Of a stretch of 64,000 bases of DNA, positions 25,583 through 38,436 are shown piece by piece. Both the position numbers and the translations under genes were made by a program. The stretch's first letter is position 1. Each line of letters begins with the position of its first letter. The notes below the pieces were generated by a model, which saw only the letters and a program-made list of their open reading frames with translations, was not told the DNA's origin and did no database searches. The stretch comes from Squalus acanthias (lineage: Eukaryota): the NCBI GenBank assembly GCA_030390025.1, contig CM059432.1, positions 62,932,001 through 62,996,000 on the forward strand, written 5' to 3'.

Positions 25583-27298
25583 CAACAACAACAACCACTT
25601 GTATTTATTTAGCACCTTTAACGTAGTAAAACGTCCCAAGGCGCTGCACAGGAGTATTTTAAGACAAAAAGTTTGACACCGATCCACACAAGGATAAATT
25701 AGGGCAGGTGACCAAAAGCTTGGTCAAAGAGGTAGGTTTTAAGGAGTGTCTTAAAGGAGGAAAAAGAGGTAGAGAGGCGGAGAGGTTTAGGCAGGGAATT
25801 CCAGAGCTTAGGGCCTAGGCAACAGAAGGCATGGCCACCAAAGGTTGAGCGATTATAATCAGGGATCCTCAAGAGGGTAGAATTAGAGCAGCGCAAATAT
25901 CTCGGGGGTTGTGGGGCTGAAGGAGATTACAGAGATAGGGAGGGGCGAGGCCATGGAGGGATTTGAAAACAAGGATGAGAATTTTGAAATCGAGGCGCTG
26001 CTTAACCAGGAGCCAATGTAGGTCAGTGAGCACAGGGGTGATGGGCGAACGGGACTTGATGCGAGTTAGGACACGAGCAGCTGAGCTTTGGATGATCTCA
26101 AGTTTACGTAGGGTTGAATGTGGGAGGCCGGCCAGGAGTGCATTGGAATAGTCAAGTCTAGAGGTAACAAAGGCATGGATGAGGGTTTCAGCAGCGGATG
26201 AGCTGAGGCAAGGGCGGAGACGGGCGATGTTACAGAGGTGGAAGTAGACGGTCTTTGTTATGTTGCGGATATGTGGTCGGAAGCTCATTTCAGGGTCAAA
26301 TATGACACCAAGGTTGCGAACAGTGTCGTTCAGCCTCAGACAGATGTTAGGGAGAGGGATGGAGTCAGTGGCTAGGGAACGGAGTTTGTGGCGGGGAACG
26401 AAAACAATGGCTTCAGTCTTTCCAATGTTTAATTGGAGAAAATTTTTGCTCATCCAGAACTGTATGTCGGACAAGCAGTCTGACAATTTAGATCCCATGG
26501 AGGGGTCGAGAGAAGAGGTAGTGAGGTAGAGCTGGGTGTCGTCAGCGTACATGTGGAAACTGATGCTGTGTTTTCGGATGATGTCACCAAGGGGCAACAT
26601 GTAGATGAGAAATAGGAGGGGGCCAAGGAAAGATCCTTGGGGGACACCAGAGGTAATGATGTGGGAGTGGGAAGAGAAGTCAATGCAGGTGATTCTCTGG
26701 TTATGATTTGATAGATAAGAATGGAACCAGGCGAGTGCAGTCCCATCCAACTGGATGACGGTTGAGAGGCGTTGGAGAAGGATGGAGTGGTCAACCATGT
26801 CAAAGGCTGCAGACAAGTTAAGAAGGACGAGGAGGGATAATTTACCTTTGTCACAGTCACAAAGGATGTCATTTGTGACTTTGATGAGAGCCATTTCGGT
26901 ATTGTGGCAAGGGCGGAAACCTGATTGGTGTGATTCAAACATGGTATTGCGGGAAAGATGGGCATGGATTTGGGAGGCGACAACACGTTTAAGGACTTTG
27001 GAGAGGAAAGGGAGGTTGGAGATGGGGTGGTAGTTTGCAAGGACGGAGGGATCAAGGGATGGTTTTTTGAGGACGGAGTGATGACGGCAGATTTGAGGGA
27101 GAGGGGGACAGTACCTGAGGAGAGAGAATCGTTAACAATATCAGCTAACACGGGAGCCAGAAAAGGAAGTTGGGTGGTCAGCAGTTTGGTGGGAATAGGG
27201 TCGAGGGAGCAGGAGGTGGGTCTCATAGACAAGATGAGCGCAGAGAGATCATGAGGGGAGATCGGAGAGAAACTGGAGAAAGATGTGAGTTCAGGGCT
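25583..27298 (-). mobile_element. L2-clade LINE (5'-truncated RT, (GTT)n tail)
   Basis: CSLDPIPT, QSGFRPCHNTE, LSAAFDMVDH, GVPQGSFLGP, YADDTQLY, SRLDYSNALL, LHWL..KQR, FKTLLKTYLF; the tail appears as (AAC)n on the + strand. Confidence 0.93.
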
Positions 27299-28089
27299 AG
27301 GATATACTTGCCTTGGAGGTGGTGCAACAAAGGTTCACTAGATTGATTCCTGGGATGAGAGGGCTATCCTATGATGAGAGATTGTGTAGAATGGACCTAT
27401 ACTCTCTGGAGTTTAGAAGAATGAGAGGTGATCTCATTGAAACATACAAGATTCTGAAGGGGATTGACAGGGTAGATGTTGAGAGGTTGTTTCCCTTGGC
27501 TGGCGTGTTTAGAACTAGGGGGCATAGTCTCAGGATAAGGGGTCAGCCATTTAAGACTGAGTTGGGGAGGAATTTCTTTACTCAGAGGGTCGTGAATCTT
27601 TGGAATTCTCTGCCACAGAGGGCTGTGAATGCTGAGTCTTTGAGTATATTCAAGGCTGAGATAGATAGATTTTTGGACTCTAGGGGAATCAAGGGATATG
27701 GCGATCGGGCGGGAAAGTGAAGTTGAGGTCGATGATCAGCCATGATCTGATTGAATGGCGGAGTAGGCTCGAGGGGCCATATGGCCTACTCCTGCTCTTA
27801 TTTATTATGTTCTTATGTTCTTATGCAGCAGCCACTGGGGTAGCACTGCGTAGGAGCACTAGGACAGGCAAAGGCACACAGAAGACAGGCACCAAGGGAA
27901 TGCACAAGGGTGATTAGTTGACTTTGGTATGTAATATTGGATGGTTTGATTTATAAATTTGGCTTGGAATGTTTGCTTTGTGGTGGCTTTTATTGTAGCA
28001 TTGTGGCCAAGAGGATGCTGTGATGGTCAGTAACAGAGGGATGTTAAGGTGTGGGACTGTTGGTGAATGGAGAATTTGGGTTGCATTCA

Positions 28090-29196
28090 CTGGTACTGCA
28101 GTCGGATGAGTCGATCACGGACAGCCCGGCCAGAAAGGTCTGTGTTGGTTGCCTCCTCCCTTCCTCCTTCTCCTCTTCCTCTTCCTCTTTCTCCTCCTCC
28201 TCTTTCTCCTCCTCAGCTTTTTGCTGTGTCTTCATGATGTCGAGGTTGTGCAGCATGCAGTAGACTACGACAAATCTTGAGATGTGCTCTGGTGAGTACT
28301 GCAGGCTTCCTCCAGAGAAGTGCAGGCAACAGAAGTGTTGTTTAAGCACGCCAATGTTTCGCCCGATTACATTCCGTGTGGAAGCTTGGCTTTTGTTGTA
28401 TGCATGCTGCCCATGTGTGCGTGGGTTGCGTACTGAAGTCATGAGCCAGGTGGTCAGTGGATAGCCCTTGTTGACCAGTAGCCACCCTCTGATTTGTCTT
28501 GGAAGCTCAAATGCGATGGTACAGCGTACTGGCGCAGAATGAAGGCATCATGACTGCTGCCAGGATACCAAGCATGGACCTGCATGATTCGCAGAGTAGG
28601 GTCGCACACCAGCTGGATATTGAGGGAGTGGAACCTCCAAATTCACATGCGGCGCCCGCAAAGCGAAGTGTGTGCAGTCAATGGCAACCTGCACCATGGG
28701 GAAGCCTGCTATCCTGGCGAAGCCGCTTGCTTGCTCTGCCTGCTTCTCTCTGGCACGAGAGAATGAAATGTATTCAGCTCTCTTCGCATACATACCCTTA
28801 TGCAACAGTGCACGGCAAACTGGGAGATGTTTGAAATATCGCCTGCTCTAACCTGGAAGGAGGCCGACGCATAAAAATTCATGGTCACGCTCACCTGCAC
28901 AACCACTGTCAATGCCGCCCTCGCCCTGCTCTGAGGCTGCAGTTCTGCCTGCAACAGGTGTCAGACTTCAGTGAGCACCTCCTTAGTGAAGCGGAGACGT
29001 CGCATACACTGTTCCTCACTGAGGTTGACGTAAGTGAATTGTTCCCTGAAGACCCTGGGTGGATATGGCCTCTAGCTGAGAGCCCTTCTCCCCCTCCTCC
29101 TCCTCCCACTTCTAGCAGCTTGTCTCTCTCTGTGTCACCTCTCCTCATTCTCCCTGTCATGCTGCAGCCAAGGGGGATACAAACTACAATACCCAT
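28090..29196 (-). pseudogene. Harbinger A DDE transposase (frameshifted)
   Basis: NFYASASFQ, FARIAGFPMVQVAIDCTH, NVIGRNIGVLKQHFCCL..SGGSLQYSP, CMLHN, acidic tail. Confidence 0.88.
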
Positions 29197-29402
29197 GTCT
29201 GGGAGAAAATGGACAGAGCAGAAGGTACACCACTTCCTGGAGACTTCAGCAATTTCAACAAAGATAACAAACCAAACACTTGTACAAACTCACCAAGAGC
29301 CAGTAGAAATCAACCAGCAACTAACCTGAAAGCAGTTGATGTTCCCTTTAAATAGTGCTGGTGGGGGATTCTTCCTGCTGCTGAACGCATGTTCAGCTGT
29401 AT

Positions 29403-30297
29403 GGGGGAAAAATTCAGTTGGTTGCGCCTCCCGTTAGCGCCTTAAGAGGGCGCTAATGGGGCGCAAAGCATCTAGCACCCAGGCGCGGCGAAGTTTGCGC
29501 CGCTCGCGAAATTAACTAGACATTTTGCGGCGGCGCTAAACACTACCGCCACGATCTCCTGCGCCGGCAGATCGTGACGTCAGTCGAGTGCGCAACGCCC
29601 CAGTAACGCCCCGGAGTGGAAATTGAGTGGCGCCCCCTGCCTTACCGCCTGACGCTAGCAACGACAGGTTGAGGGGAGCGTTCTGCAGTCATGAAGGGAA
29701 AGGGGGAGCGCTATTTAAAGGTGACCGCTTCCTGCCTTTTATTGTTGGTGCCATTTTTGAACTACGCATTCTGAGAGAGAGAGAGAGAGACTTCTGGAGA
29801 GATTCAGTGTTGTGTGAAGGAGTTTTGGGTACTGAGCAGCACTTTGTAGGTTCATTTTGATCTGCCATTCCTTGTATCGATTTAGAAGAGTCTGTGGGGG
29901 CTGCACTCTGAGCTCTTTGCCTGGTACTCTCCATTGTTCTTTCGAGCAGATTTGATGTGCAGGTCTCTCCAGGCCGAAATTCAAGGCTGCAATGAGCAGG
30001 ATGTGGATGGAAAGCAAGATTAACCATCCCCTTTAAGAACTGACCCGGGCCATTGTGTGTGTGTTCCATTGCTGACTGACATCACATGAGCTTCGCCAGC
30101 GCTCTGAAAGGTAGCGCCTCGCTCCTCGGCCTTTGCGCCTTAAGACAGGTGTGAAGCGCCTGATTTAGCGCTCCAATCACCTCCAGGGGCGATAAAAGTC
30201 AAGTTTGCAGTCGGTGGTGATAATTAGCGCCAGGCGCTAATCTTTTCGCCCGGCCGATAATTGCGCCCCAAATGGGGCGATACTGAATTTCTCCCCC
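29403..30297 (-). mobile_element. Harbinger-type MITE (GC-rich family 1) inside Harbinger A terminus
   Basis: TIR GGGGGAAAAATTCAGT ... ACTGAATTTCTCCCCC; TSD TAT/TAT. Confidence 0.9.
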
Positions 30298-30531
30298 TAT
30301 GTCTTTAAGAGAGGATGTTAGCTGAGGTCGAAAGTGGCAGCGCTGGCATAAAATCAGCGTTACACGCTGACTGACATCACGATCTGCCTACTCTGCATAC
30401 TTCCGGCGTACGCTCCCAGGGCCCGTGCTAACAACCTCACCAGAAGTGTGCTGCGCGGACACCATTTTGTACTCAAAACGGCACCTGTAGTGCCGAAAAA
30501 CCAGGGGACTACGGAGCCGGATTTTGCAGCC

Positions 30532-30728
30532 ATTATCTGGTCATTATCACATTGCTATCTGTGGGACATTGCTGTGTGCTCTTCATTGGTGGTAAAGCGC
30601 TTTGGGATGTCCTGAGGTCTTGAAAAGCGCTATATAAATGCAAGTTCTTTCTATCTGTCTCATTTACTGTTTGTGGGACCTTACCATGTAAAACTTGGCA
30701 GCCACAAGTGCCCATATAACAACAATGA
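30532..30728 (+). mobile_element. 3' parts of the two Deu-SINEs (30532-30656 inner; 30657-30728 outer)
   Basis: ATTATCTGGTCATTATCACATTGCT...GTAAAGCGCTTTGGGATGTCCTGAGG...GCGCTATATAAATGCAAG, then a second CATTTACTGTTTGTGGGACCTT segment. Confidence 0.85.
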
Positions 30729-31159
30729 TCGGGATCGGCAATGAGAAGGTGCCAATTGGACTGGGGAGGGGGAATTAAAAGTGTTAAGAAGAGTCCTCAC
30801 TTTAGGTGTGCCTGCCCTTGGGACCCCTGTGAACCCTCTGGTTGGTGAAGGTTCAGGGCCAGAGCAAAGTGCCATATCTATTGGACACCCCTGCACTGGA
30901 TGCCGAGCCAACATTGGTCACAGGAAAATGGAGATGGGAGGCCAGGAACGCCCCCTCATGCTTCATTTAAATTACACTGATTGGCCTGCACCCACTGCAT
31001 GTTCGGGCAAAATTTGGAATGCCCTGAAAATCACGGTGGATGTAAGTGGAACAGAGATACAGCAAAGTACATCCCATTCCTTTTTCCTGACCTTACAGAT
31101 AATAGGGCCAATTTTTCTGACCCTTGTCAGGGGTAAGTGTCTGGAAAATTGATCCTAGA

Positions 31160-32117
31160 GGGGGGTAATTTTAATCCCAAAAACAGGTGGGTTGGGGTCG
31201 GGGGGGAGGCTAAAGAGTTAAAAAACTGAATCCTGACCCCGACCTGACTCCAACCTGCCTGCCACTTCCGGTTTTAATGGAGGCGGGACGGGGCGGGCAG
31301 CCAACCCGCTCGCAGGAGGCGGGTCGCCCATTTAAATATTATAAGGAGGCTGGCGTGCCTCATGGTGATCCACCATTTCAAATTTAATTGTGGGCAGGCA
31401 GGTTTCCCTGGCATCAGGGATCCCTGCCAGCTAATGGAAGGCGAGGACTGCTGGATCCAGGAGGTAAGTGCCTTTCCACTTACCTCCTGGATCCAGAGTC
31501 CCTGCCTCAGCAACCCCCCGTGATCAGACACCCCCGCTGGCTCTTCCGATCTCCCCCCGTCCTCCCCCCGAGGACTCCGACCACGCCCCCCGTGAGGCCT
31601 GCGATCCCCCCCGCCCCCCACGAGTCCTCCGATCTCCTGCCGACCTCACCCCCCCACCAAGGCTTCCGATCCCCCCTCTGGCCTTCGATCATTGGCCCCC
31701 GGTCCCCGAACCCTTTCCAGCCTCTGATCCTCCCTCCGGCCCCTGACCTCCCTGTTCCAGCCCCCATTCACCTTGCCGGCCTCCTCCTCCGGCCCCAATC
31801 CTCCTCCGGCCCCGATCGTCCGGCCCCGAACCTCCCCCAGGCCCCGACCACCCCCCGATCCTCCTGTGACCCCGATCTGTCCCTTCCTCCTCTTTGCATC
31901 CTAGTGCCGTAGGCCTACCCGCCCAACAGCCAGCCAGCCTCTCCATATGGCTGGCTGTGGGCGGGAAACAGAGCATTGTTAATCAGGAATGTTAATCAGG
32001 CCCTGCCGCTAAGTTCAGCAGGGCCAGCGGGAAACCCGCTCTCCCAGGTTTCCCGATCACTTTCTAGCCTCCCCCCCCCACCGGCTCCCTACCTGCCTCC
32101 AAGTTAAAATTGCGGCC
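31160..32117. mobile_element. Harbinger-type MITE with internal C-rich degenerate tandem repeats
   Basis: Ends GGGGGTAATTTTAA ... TTAAAATTGCGGCC; many CCCCCCGATC-like units at 31500-31880; TSD unclear. Confidence 0.7.
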
Positions 32118-32573
32118 TAAGTGCCTGTAAGGGCTGGGTCACCAGGGGATACCTTGAAAGGAAGATAACTGATTTCTCAAGATTAACACCTGTGACACAA
32201 AATGCTCCTTTTAGCATAACGCCACTGACATAACTATTCATCTTTAGTTCAGCATTCAAGTTCAAAGAGTTGCTCTTGTAGACTGATTTAGTCTTCATTG
32301 TTTTCAAAGTACGCTGCACCATCAGTAGTTTCTGTGTAATTGTCTTGTAAATAAATCTGATTATTAGTTTTAGGCCGAACATAACTGTCGAATTGTCTGT
32401 TATTTACTGCTTTCAGAGCAGACTGGACAGCAAGGTAGCCAATGGTCCCTGGTCCATTATCTGTAATAAAAATAATAATTGTTAGTCCTGTGGCAGACTG
32501 CCCCTTTCACAGAAGGTTCACATGAAGGTTCAGTTTCAGTTAATAGGACACTTATTTTGCTTATGGAAACAGT

Positions 32574-33098
32574 TGGCCTGAAATTCTGCTCGGGCCCTGG
32601 TGTATCTCCAGAAAATGGGGCGGAATCTGGGATTCTGCTGGGATTCTGCCCTGTGGAGAGAAAAGCAGAGGAAAGAAGATGGATCTTTTACTCAAACCCT
32701 TACGACAAGTGGTCATCTCTGGAGGAGGTTAGAGGGCTACTCTGAGGATTCCACCCAGTGCACCACCTGATAGGCCCAAGGGAACCCATGTCTGTTGAGA
32801 GCTAGCGTGGGCTTTGCAAAATGCTTTAAGGGGCTGCTATCACTTCTGGGTGAAGGGGAACAATTTTGCATTTACTTCCTCAGCATAATAAGGGCCTCTG
32901 AGTTTCACATTAGAGTGGCAGGACCTCTGTTGGAGCGGGCCGCACTGTTGTAACACACAGGGGCCACTCACCTTGTGTATGAGGATGACTCCATCCCTTA
33001 GATTGGGACATGATCTGCATCTTTTGTACATGGATGCATTCAAGGCCCATTCTGTCAAACTTATACCAGTAGAGGGGAAGGATTGGAATTTTGGACCC
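32574..33098. mobile_element. Old Harbinger-type MITE
   Basis: Imperfect TIR TGGCCTGAAATTC ... GAATTTTGGACCC; TSD AGT/AGT. Removing it restores colinearity with the paralogous segment at 18061-18120. Confidence 0.75.
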
Positions 33099-33709
33099 AG
33101 TCTTTTTTGCCATGAACATAATTTAAAGTACTGGGAGAAAGCCTGAATTGTAACACTGTTATAATATGTACAGGGGCCTCCATATGCTTATAATTTCTAA
33201 GTATTAACACCACAATAATTTCTCAGAGTCTTTAATAAAGATAATTTGAAAATAACTTTTTTAACTGTGTTCCTTTGACTGAAACCATAAGATGTATATA
33301 TTACGAAAAATAATAGATGGGAGGAATGAGTAAGAATATTGAAGTTTAATCTTAGGGTCCATAAACCACTGGAACTTTGCGAAAGTGGTTTATGACATCA
33401 TCTGTACCCCTTGATTAAATTACAGTGTGATTACTCACTCCCATTGAACCATAATTCACTCTCTTTCCCCCACCCCATTACCTTTGTTGTTACTGTATGC
33501 ATAAGATGGACATCTGTTACGAATTGTTTTGCTCATAATAGAACAACAGGCCATGTTCTGGAAGGCTAATTGTATCTCCCTGATCTGTGGCTCCCTCATG
33601 TCATCTCTACATGTACTAACCCTGATCCACCCATTTTATCATCCACATATGGGCTGGAATTTTCACATTGCAGAGCGTGCAGGTTTGGGAGCGGGTCCGC
33701 GGTTAAAAG

Positions 33710-34780
33710 CGACCTGATGCTCCACAGGAGAGAGGGGGTCAGCACAGGGTGCACTGCGCCGGAGGCGATACCCCCAACGCAGGGTATACAGGTAGAGGAT
33801 AAGTTTCCTGGACATGACTGAACAGCAGTGCTTCAGGAGGCTCAGGCTATTGTGCCAGGTCACCGCAGACATTTGTAGCTTGCTGGAACAAGACCTGCTG
33901 CCCAGAGGACCTGGTGGACATGCTTTACCAGTCGCTGTCAAAGTCACCACCACCGTCAACTTCTTTGCCTCAGGCTCCTTCCAGGAATCTGCAGCAGACA
34001 TTTGCAGGATCTCGCAGTCGGCCGCCCACAAATGTATCACCCAGGTGACTGTTTCACAAGTCAGCCGCTTATGTGAACTTTGCCACTGATGAAGCAAGTG
34101 TTACTGAGGGGGGGGGGGGGGTTTGGCTTAGCGGCTCTGGTTGGCTTCCCACAGGTGCAAAGCATCATCGACTGCACACATATAGCCATCAAGGCACCCC
34201 CACATCACCCAGGAGTGTTTGTGAACCGCAAGGACTTCCACTCCCTCAATGTGCAGCTCATCTGCAACCATAAAAAAATCATCATGCATGTGTGTTAGAT
34301 TCCCTGTGAGCTGTCATGACTCTTTTGTCCTGGGCCAGTCCACCCTCCCTCAGCTCTTCGCACCTCCACACAGACATACCAGCTGGCTACTTGGAGACAA
34401 GGGCTATCCACTGAAGACATGGCTGATGGCACCCTTGAGGAGACCAAGCAATGAGGCCAAGGAGCGCTATAATGAAAGCCACATGTCCACCAGATGTCTC
34501 ATAGAGCAAACAATCGGTATGCTGAAGATGTGCTTCAGATGCCTTGACAGATCGGGAGGAGAACTTCAGTATGCATCAGCCAGGGACTCGAGAATCATCG
34601 TTGTATGCTGCGCGCTGCACAACATAGTGCAGCAGTGAGGATTGGAGCTGCAGGAGGAGCAAGGCTCAGAGCGTACAGCCTCTTTGGAGGAGGAGAAACC
34701 TGAGGTGGAAATGGCACCAGCAGCGGCGCACATTGCTGCCCGGAGACCCGGGGTGGCCTCATAATGGCCCAATTTACTTA
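33710..34780 (+). pseudogene. Harbinger C DDE transposase (frameshifts and stops)
   Basis: [63 protein letters not shown]; close relative of transposase B. Confidence 0.9.
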
Positions 34781-35427
34781 AGTTGCACCAGTGCACCCAT
34801 ATGGCTCCAAGGTGCTACACCAACACCTGCCCCCCCCCCGCCCCCCACCAACACCACAAAGCAGTCTTAAAATGACCAAAGCATTCCTGTCAACCAAACA
34901 GCTATTGCTCGAGGTTAAGTAATGTCTCACCATTCACTCCAAGTGACAAGGCCACTTCCCAGGTAACAGGCAAACATGGACAAGACGGGAAAGTAGTGTA
35001 AAAAATAAATTTATGTGCATCATAAATGGAACTGAAACTTAACACTAAGATTTTGGCAATCACCCTTGTGCATCTACGATTGTGTCATTTTTCTTTTCTG
35101 AGGGCTTCTACGAGGTGCAACCCCTGTGACTTCAGCAGAGGTAGAGGCAGGCTGCTCACTTCCCTGCTGCGACTGTTTCAACACAGCAGTCACAGCAGGG
35201 AAGTGAGCAGCCTGCCTCTACCTCTGGGTCCTCTGGGTTTTAGGGCCTGTGAGGGCCCCACCAAAGACTGCTCCTCCTGCAACTGTGCAGGGGCAGACAC
35301 AGCCATCAGGATCCAAGGCAACATGTGGGGCTCTGACTGAGGGGGAGGCAATGGGGGAGAAGTGGGATCACTTTGAGCAGAGCCCTCACTTCGATGTACC
35401 CTCTCACCATCATCCCTCTCATGGGCC

Positions 35428-37150
35428 TGTAGGACGTGCGGAATTACCCCTCGCCCCGTCTAACAGGTTATAAATTTTGGACTTGAGACTTATGAGAAAT
35501 TAAATCAGACACACGGGTTCTGTCTTTAACCTTTTATTGTTCCTAAGACAAATTCAAAACCCCAACCACTATTCGAGCAGTACACCAATAATATTACAAG
35601 AAATCATACTTATAACCACCCACAGATGATCCGTCCAGCATTGATTGTAGGTCACTTCCTTTTGACTGCAGCTCTTCGCCTTTCGACTGCAGCAGCTCTT
35701 CGAGTTGAAATGATCAGCCAGGCCCCTCCTTCCGACTGCAGTGCTGATATTTTTAGTCACTGGTTTTTATACAGTTTTACTATTTCAGTAAATCAATCAT
35801 TCAGAGATGGTGAGATGTTCCTTTAATGTTCGACCTAAGTTGTTTGAGCTGTCAAACTTTCACACTCACACATCCTGTGTGGCTACCTGTTAGCTGCCTT
35901 TATCAAAGCCCAAAATTGTTCATTCACTCATATAAGTTTACAAAAGTGGCAGTAAACCACTTGGTCACATTTCACGTGTTACGTCGCATCCTGTATTTCA
36001 GAACTTCAAAGGTTTGACTCCTCCCCTTTAGCCACCAAAAGTCGTTCTACAAACTTGTGGCCTGTTTTGTTGTAGACACGAAGGGCTGGATTTTGAATCT
36101 GGGGTCGGGTTGGGGTCGGGAATCACACATTCTGGCTTGTGAACCCGCCTCCATCGAGATGTGGCCAACGCACTGTATTTTCCCTTGATTGACCTTGTTG
36201 AGCCCGCCCAGTGGGCTCAGCAGGCCAATTAAGGGCCACCCGACAACAGGTGACGTCACAGACTGACATTTCATCTGTCAAGAGCTTTTGACAGATGAAA
36301 TATCAGCGTTTGACAGCTCTGTGAAGCTGTCAAACACTCACAATATGATTTCTAACTTCAGTCCTTCCTCTCAGGCTGAGTTAGAAATCATTCCAGCACA
36401 GAAAACAGAAGGCTGCAGGTTTTGACAGACCACGGCTTTCCTGCTTTCTGTGCAGGTGAGATTTCTAACTCCCGAGAACTGAAGGGTTGACACCTGCAGG
36501 AGGAAGTTAAGGTAAGTAAAACTTTTTTCAACACTTAGCACTTACCTTACACACTTACCTCTGCACCCATCACTCACCTGCCCACCGGACATATCGACCC
36601 CTCCAACCCCTGCAGACCCACGGCCTGCCCCGATAACTTGGAGTGGTTGCCACCTGTCAGGAAGCCCACACTTTTCTTTTTAAAATAGTGATTATGCAAA
36701 AAACTGCCTGTTAACTACCTGTTAACAGGCAGTTAATTGTCACTAATCCCTTCCCGCCTCGGGGAGTTGGGTCTCAGAACAGGTTGGGTACCCGCCGCCA
36801 GAGAAACTGGCATGGAGGCGGGTTGGAGGCGGGATGGGGTCGGGACCCCCGAATCTGCAACTTTAACCGCCCCCCCCCCCCCCCCCCTGCCTCCAAACCC
36901 GACTCCACGGGTCATTGAAAATCCAGCCCAAAATCTGCAAATCTAAGGGGGTTTGTTTATCTCTGTTGTCTATGACTACTCCCTGCAGTCACAACCATGT
37001 TTGCTGCCTTTTAGTAAAGCACATTCCATGTCCACTTATCAGTGAAAGACCATCTGTTACAATTTTATTTCACTTCAAAAAAACCTTTTGGCCTGGCAAA
37101 GCATTTTAATATATACCAAAATTAAAATTAATGGTCTATGTATACCTACA
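35428..37150 (-). mobile_element. Solo LTR (probably Gypsy/Ty3-type) interrupted by a MITE
   Basis: TGTAGG...CCTACA termini; 4-bp TSD GGCC/GGCC; minus-strand AATAAA near 35534-35539; flanking Myb exon is colinear across it. Confidence 0.85.
36083..36929 (-). mobile_element. Harbinger MITE (family 2, related to Harbinger B end)
   Basis: TIR GGGCTGGATTTT ... AAAATCCAGCCC; near-TSD GAA/AAA; one end nearly identical to the reverse complement of 52225-52330. Confidence 0.9.
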
Positions 37151-38264
37151 GGCCACCCGCACTTCTCTGCTAGCAAGGAGATGGACAGCACCTTGCTCCA
37201 CATCAGTGGGGTGATGAACGCCCAAGTCTACGATGGTATCCCTCCTTGAGATGAGGTCAATAAGAATCTGCAATCTGTTGTTCACAGCAAGCATGTTCTC
37301 ATTCGACTGGCGCATTAGCTGCTCCATTGTCACCATTGCCTGTGATATGGTGGTGCTCGTATTGGAGATGGACTCCTTGATTCTCTGTACAATTGCACAC
37401 ATCTGGAAAAGCTGCCAGAGCCTCGCGCATTTGTTTCTGCTCTTCCAAGATCAACCTCTTTGTTGACGGCTCCCGAGTTTCAACATCTGCATCCAGCTGA
37501 ACAGAGCTTGGAGCTCCGGCGAGGACTCTCCACTGCTGTCCCTGTCCCCACCATCTGCTCTTGTTCACTTGTAATGTGCGAGACACCAGGTGACAACATG
37601 ACTCTATGGCTAGCTGGACCCACCGATGTGCACGTATCTGCGCTGGTGCTGGGTGCGCATGGGTCTGGTGACGGTGCACCCTCAAAGAGTGGAGCTTCGT
37701 CTGAGGAGTCGTCCTCCTCCTCCGGTTGGACAGTGAGGACGGCACTTGATAGACCTATGGGAGAGTAGAGAGATGAATTAGAACTCTTATGATAAGAATG
37801 TGTAACGTTGCCATTACGTACATGATGATATTTCACTGGCTGCTAACATCAAGTCACCATGAGTGACTGTTGTATGCCATGTGGCTGTATGAATTTAATT
37901 CTGTCACCAGGTTGCTGGGAAGTCCCCCTCTCTCTGTTTCCCATCGCCAGCAGCTCTGCAACTCGACTTATTTGTAGCAGCTCCTCCTCTGCTGGAGTCA
38001 ATGTGCTGTAAATTGGAGGCCACCTCTGGTTCTTTGCCTCTCCCAGATGTTCTGCACTCTCTTCTCCTGCAAGGAGGGAAAAAAGAGAACACTGAGTGAA
38101 AGTGATGGAATGAGTGTAAGGGATGGATGGGTTACATCTGTAGAGGGTGACTATGAGGGAGTGGCGTGACATTGCCAAATGGCCTCCTTCTGTGGCATTA
38201 CTTCCTATGATTGCTTTAGGATGAGGGTGAGTGTCAGTCATGGCTAATCAGATGGGGTTGTGAG

Positions 38265-38436
38265 CTATGTTCCCTGTAATTTTTTTTGACCCTGTGCGGC
38301 CTCTTTAAAGAGCTGCGCAGGCCATTCAAAATACTGAGCATGCACGGTTTTTACATTGAAATGCCGGCAAGCTGGCTGCGCGGGTTCCCTGGAGCAGTGC
38401 GCGGCCATATGGCCGTGCACTTTAAACGAAACACTG
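38265..38436. mobile_element. 172-bp hAT-type MITE in a Myb intron
   Basis: Imperfect TIR CTATGTTCCCTGTAA ... TTAAACGAAACACTG; perfect 8-bp TSD GTTGTGAG. Confidence 0.85.

Larger units (their letters stand above)
21211..27826 (+). mobile_element. CR1 LINE (5'-truncated ORF2) in three pieces: 21211-22377, about 25273-25582, about 27299-27826
   Basis: [53 protein letters not shown]; the pieces are colinear across two insertions; (TTCTTATG)n tail. Confidence 0.93.
19393..27917 (+). pseudogene. Harbinger A Myb/SANT-like DNA-binding gene; exons about 19393-19641, 19913-20058, 20213-21210 + 27824-27917 (split by CR1)
   Basis: MAQLGRVRDPRFSDAALEALVQDVDRRREVLYP...; donor AAG|GTCAGT, acceptor CTTTCAG|; acidic and coiled-coil exon 3; stops and frameshifts present. 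Confidence 0.8.
19097..30531. mobile_element. PIF/Harbinger element A (both ends present, inflated by nested insertions)
   Basis: Ends GGCCTAGAAATTGG ... CCGGATTTTGCAGCC; TSD ATT/ATT exactly splits a SINE; contains a + strand Myb gene and a - strand transposase. Confidence 0.88.
35066..38068 (-). pseudogene. Harbinger C Myb-like gene exons 2-3 (split by a solo LTR)
   Basis: TTGCAG|GAGAAGAGTGCAGAAC exon 2; acidic EEEDDSSDE exon 3; colinear with 60720-63008. Confidence 0.75.

Noticed and set aside
26450..27254. Alternative-frame and antisense ORFs over LINE RT (also over the Penelope and RTE ORFs)
   Set aside because: Shadow ORFs caused by codon bias and frameshifts of the real RT frame.
31274..31976. 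Pro-rich and Gly-rich ORFs on both strands
   Set aside because: Products of C-rich degenerate tandem repeats inside a MITE.
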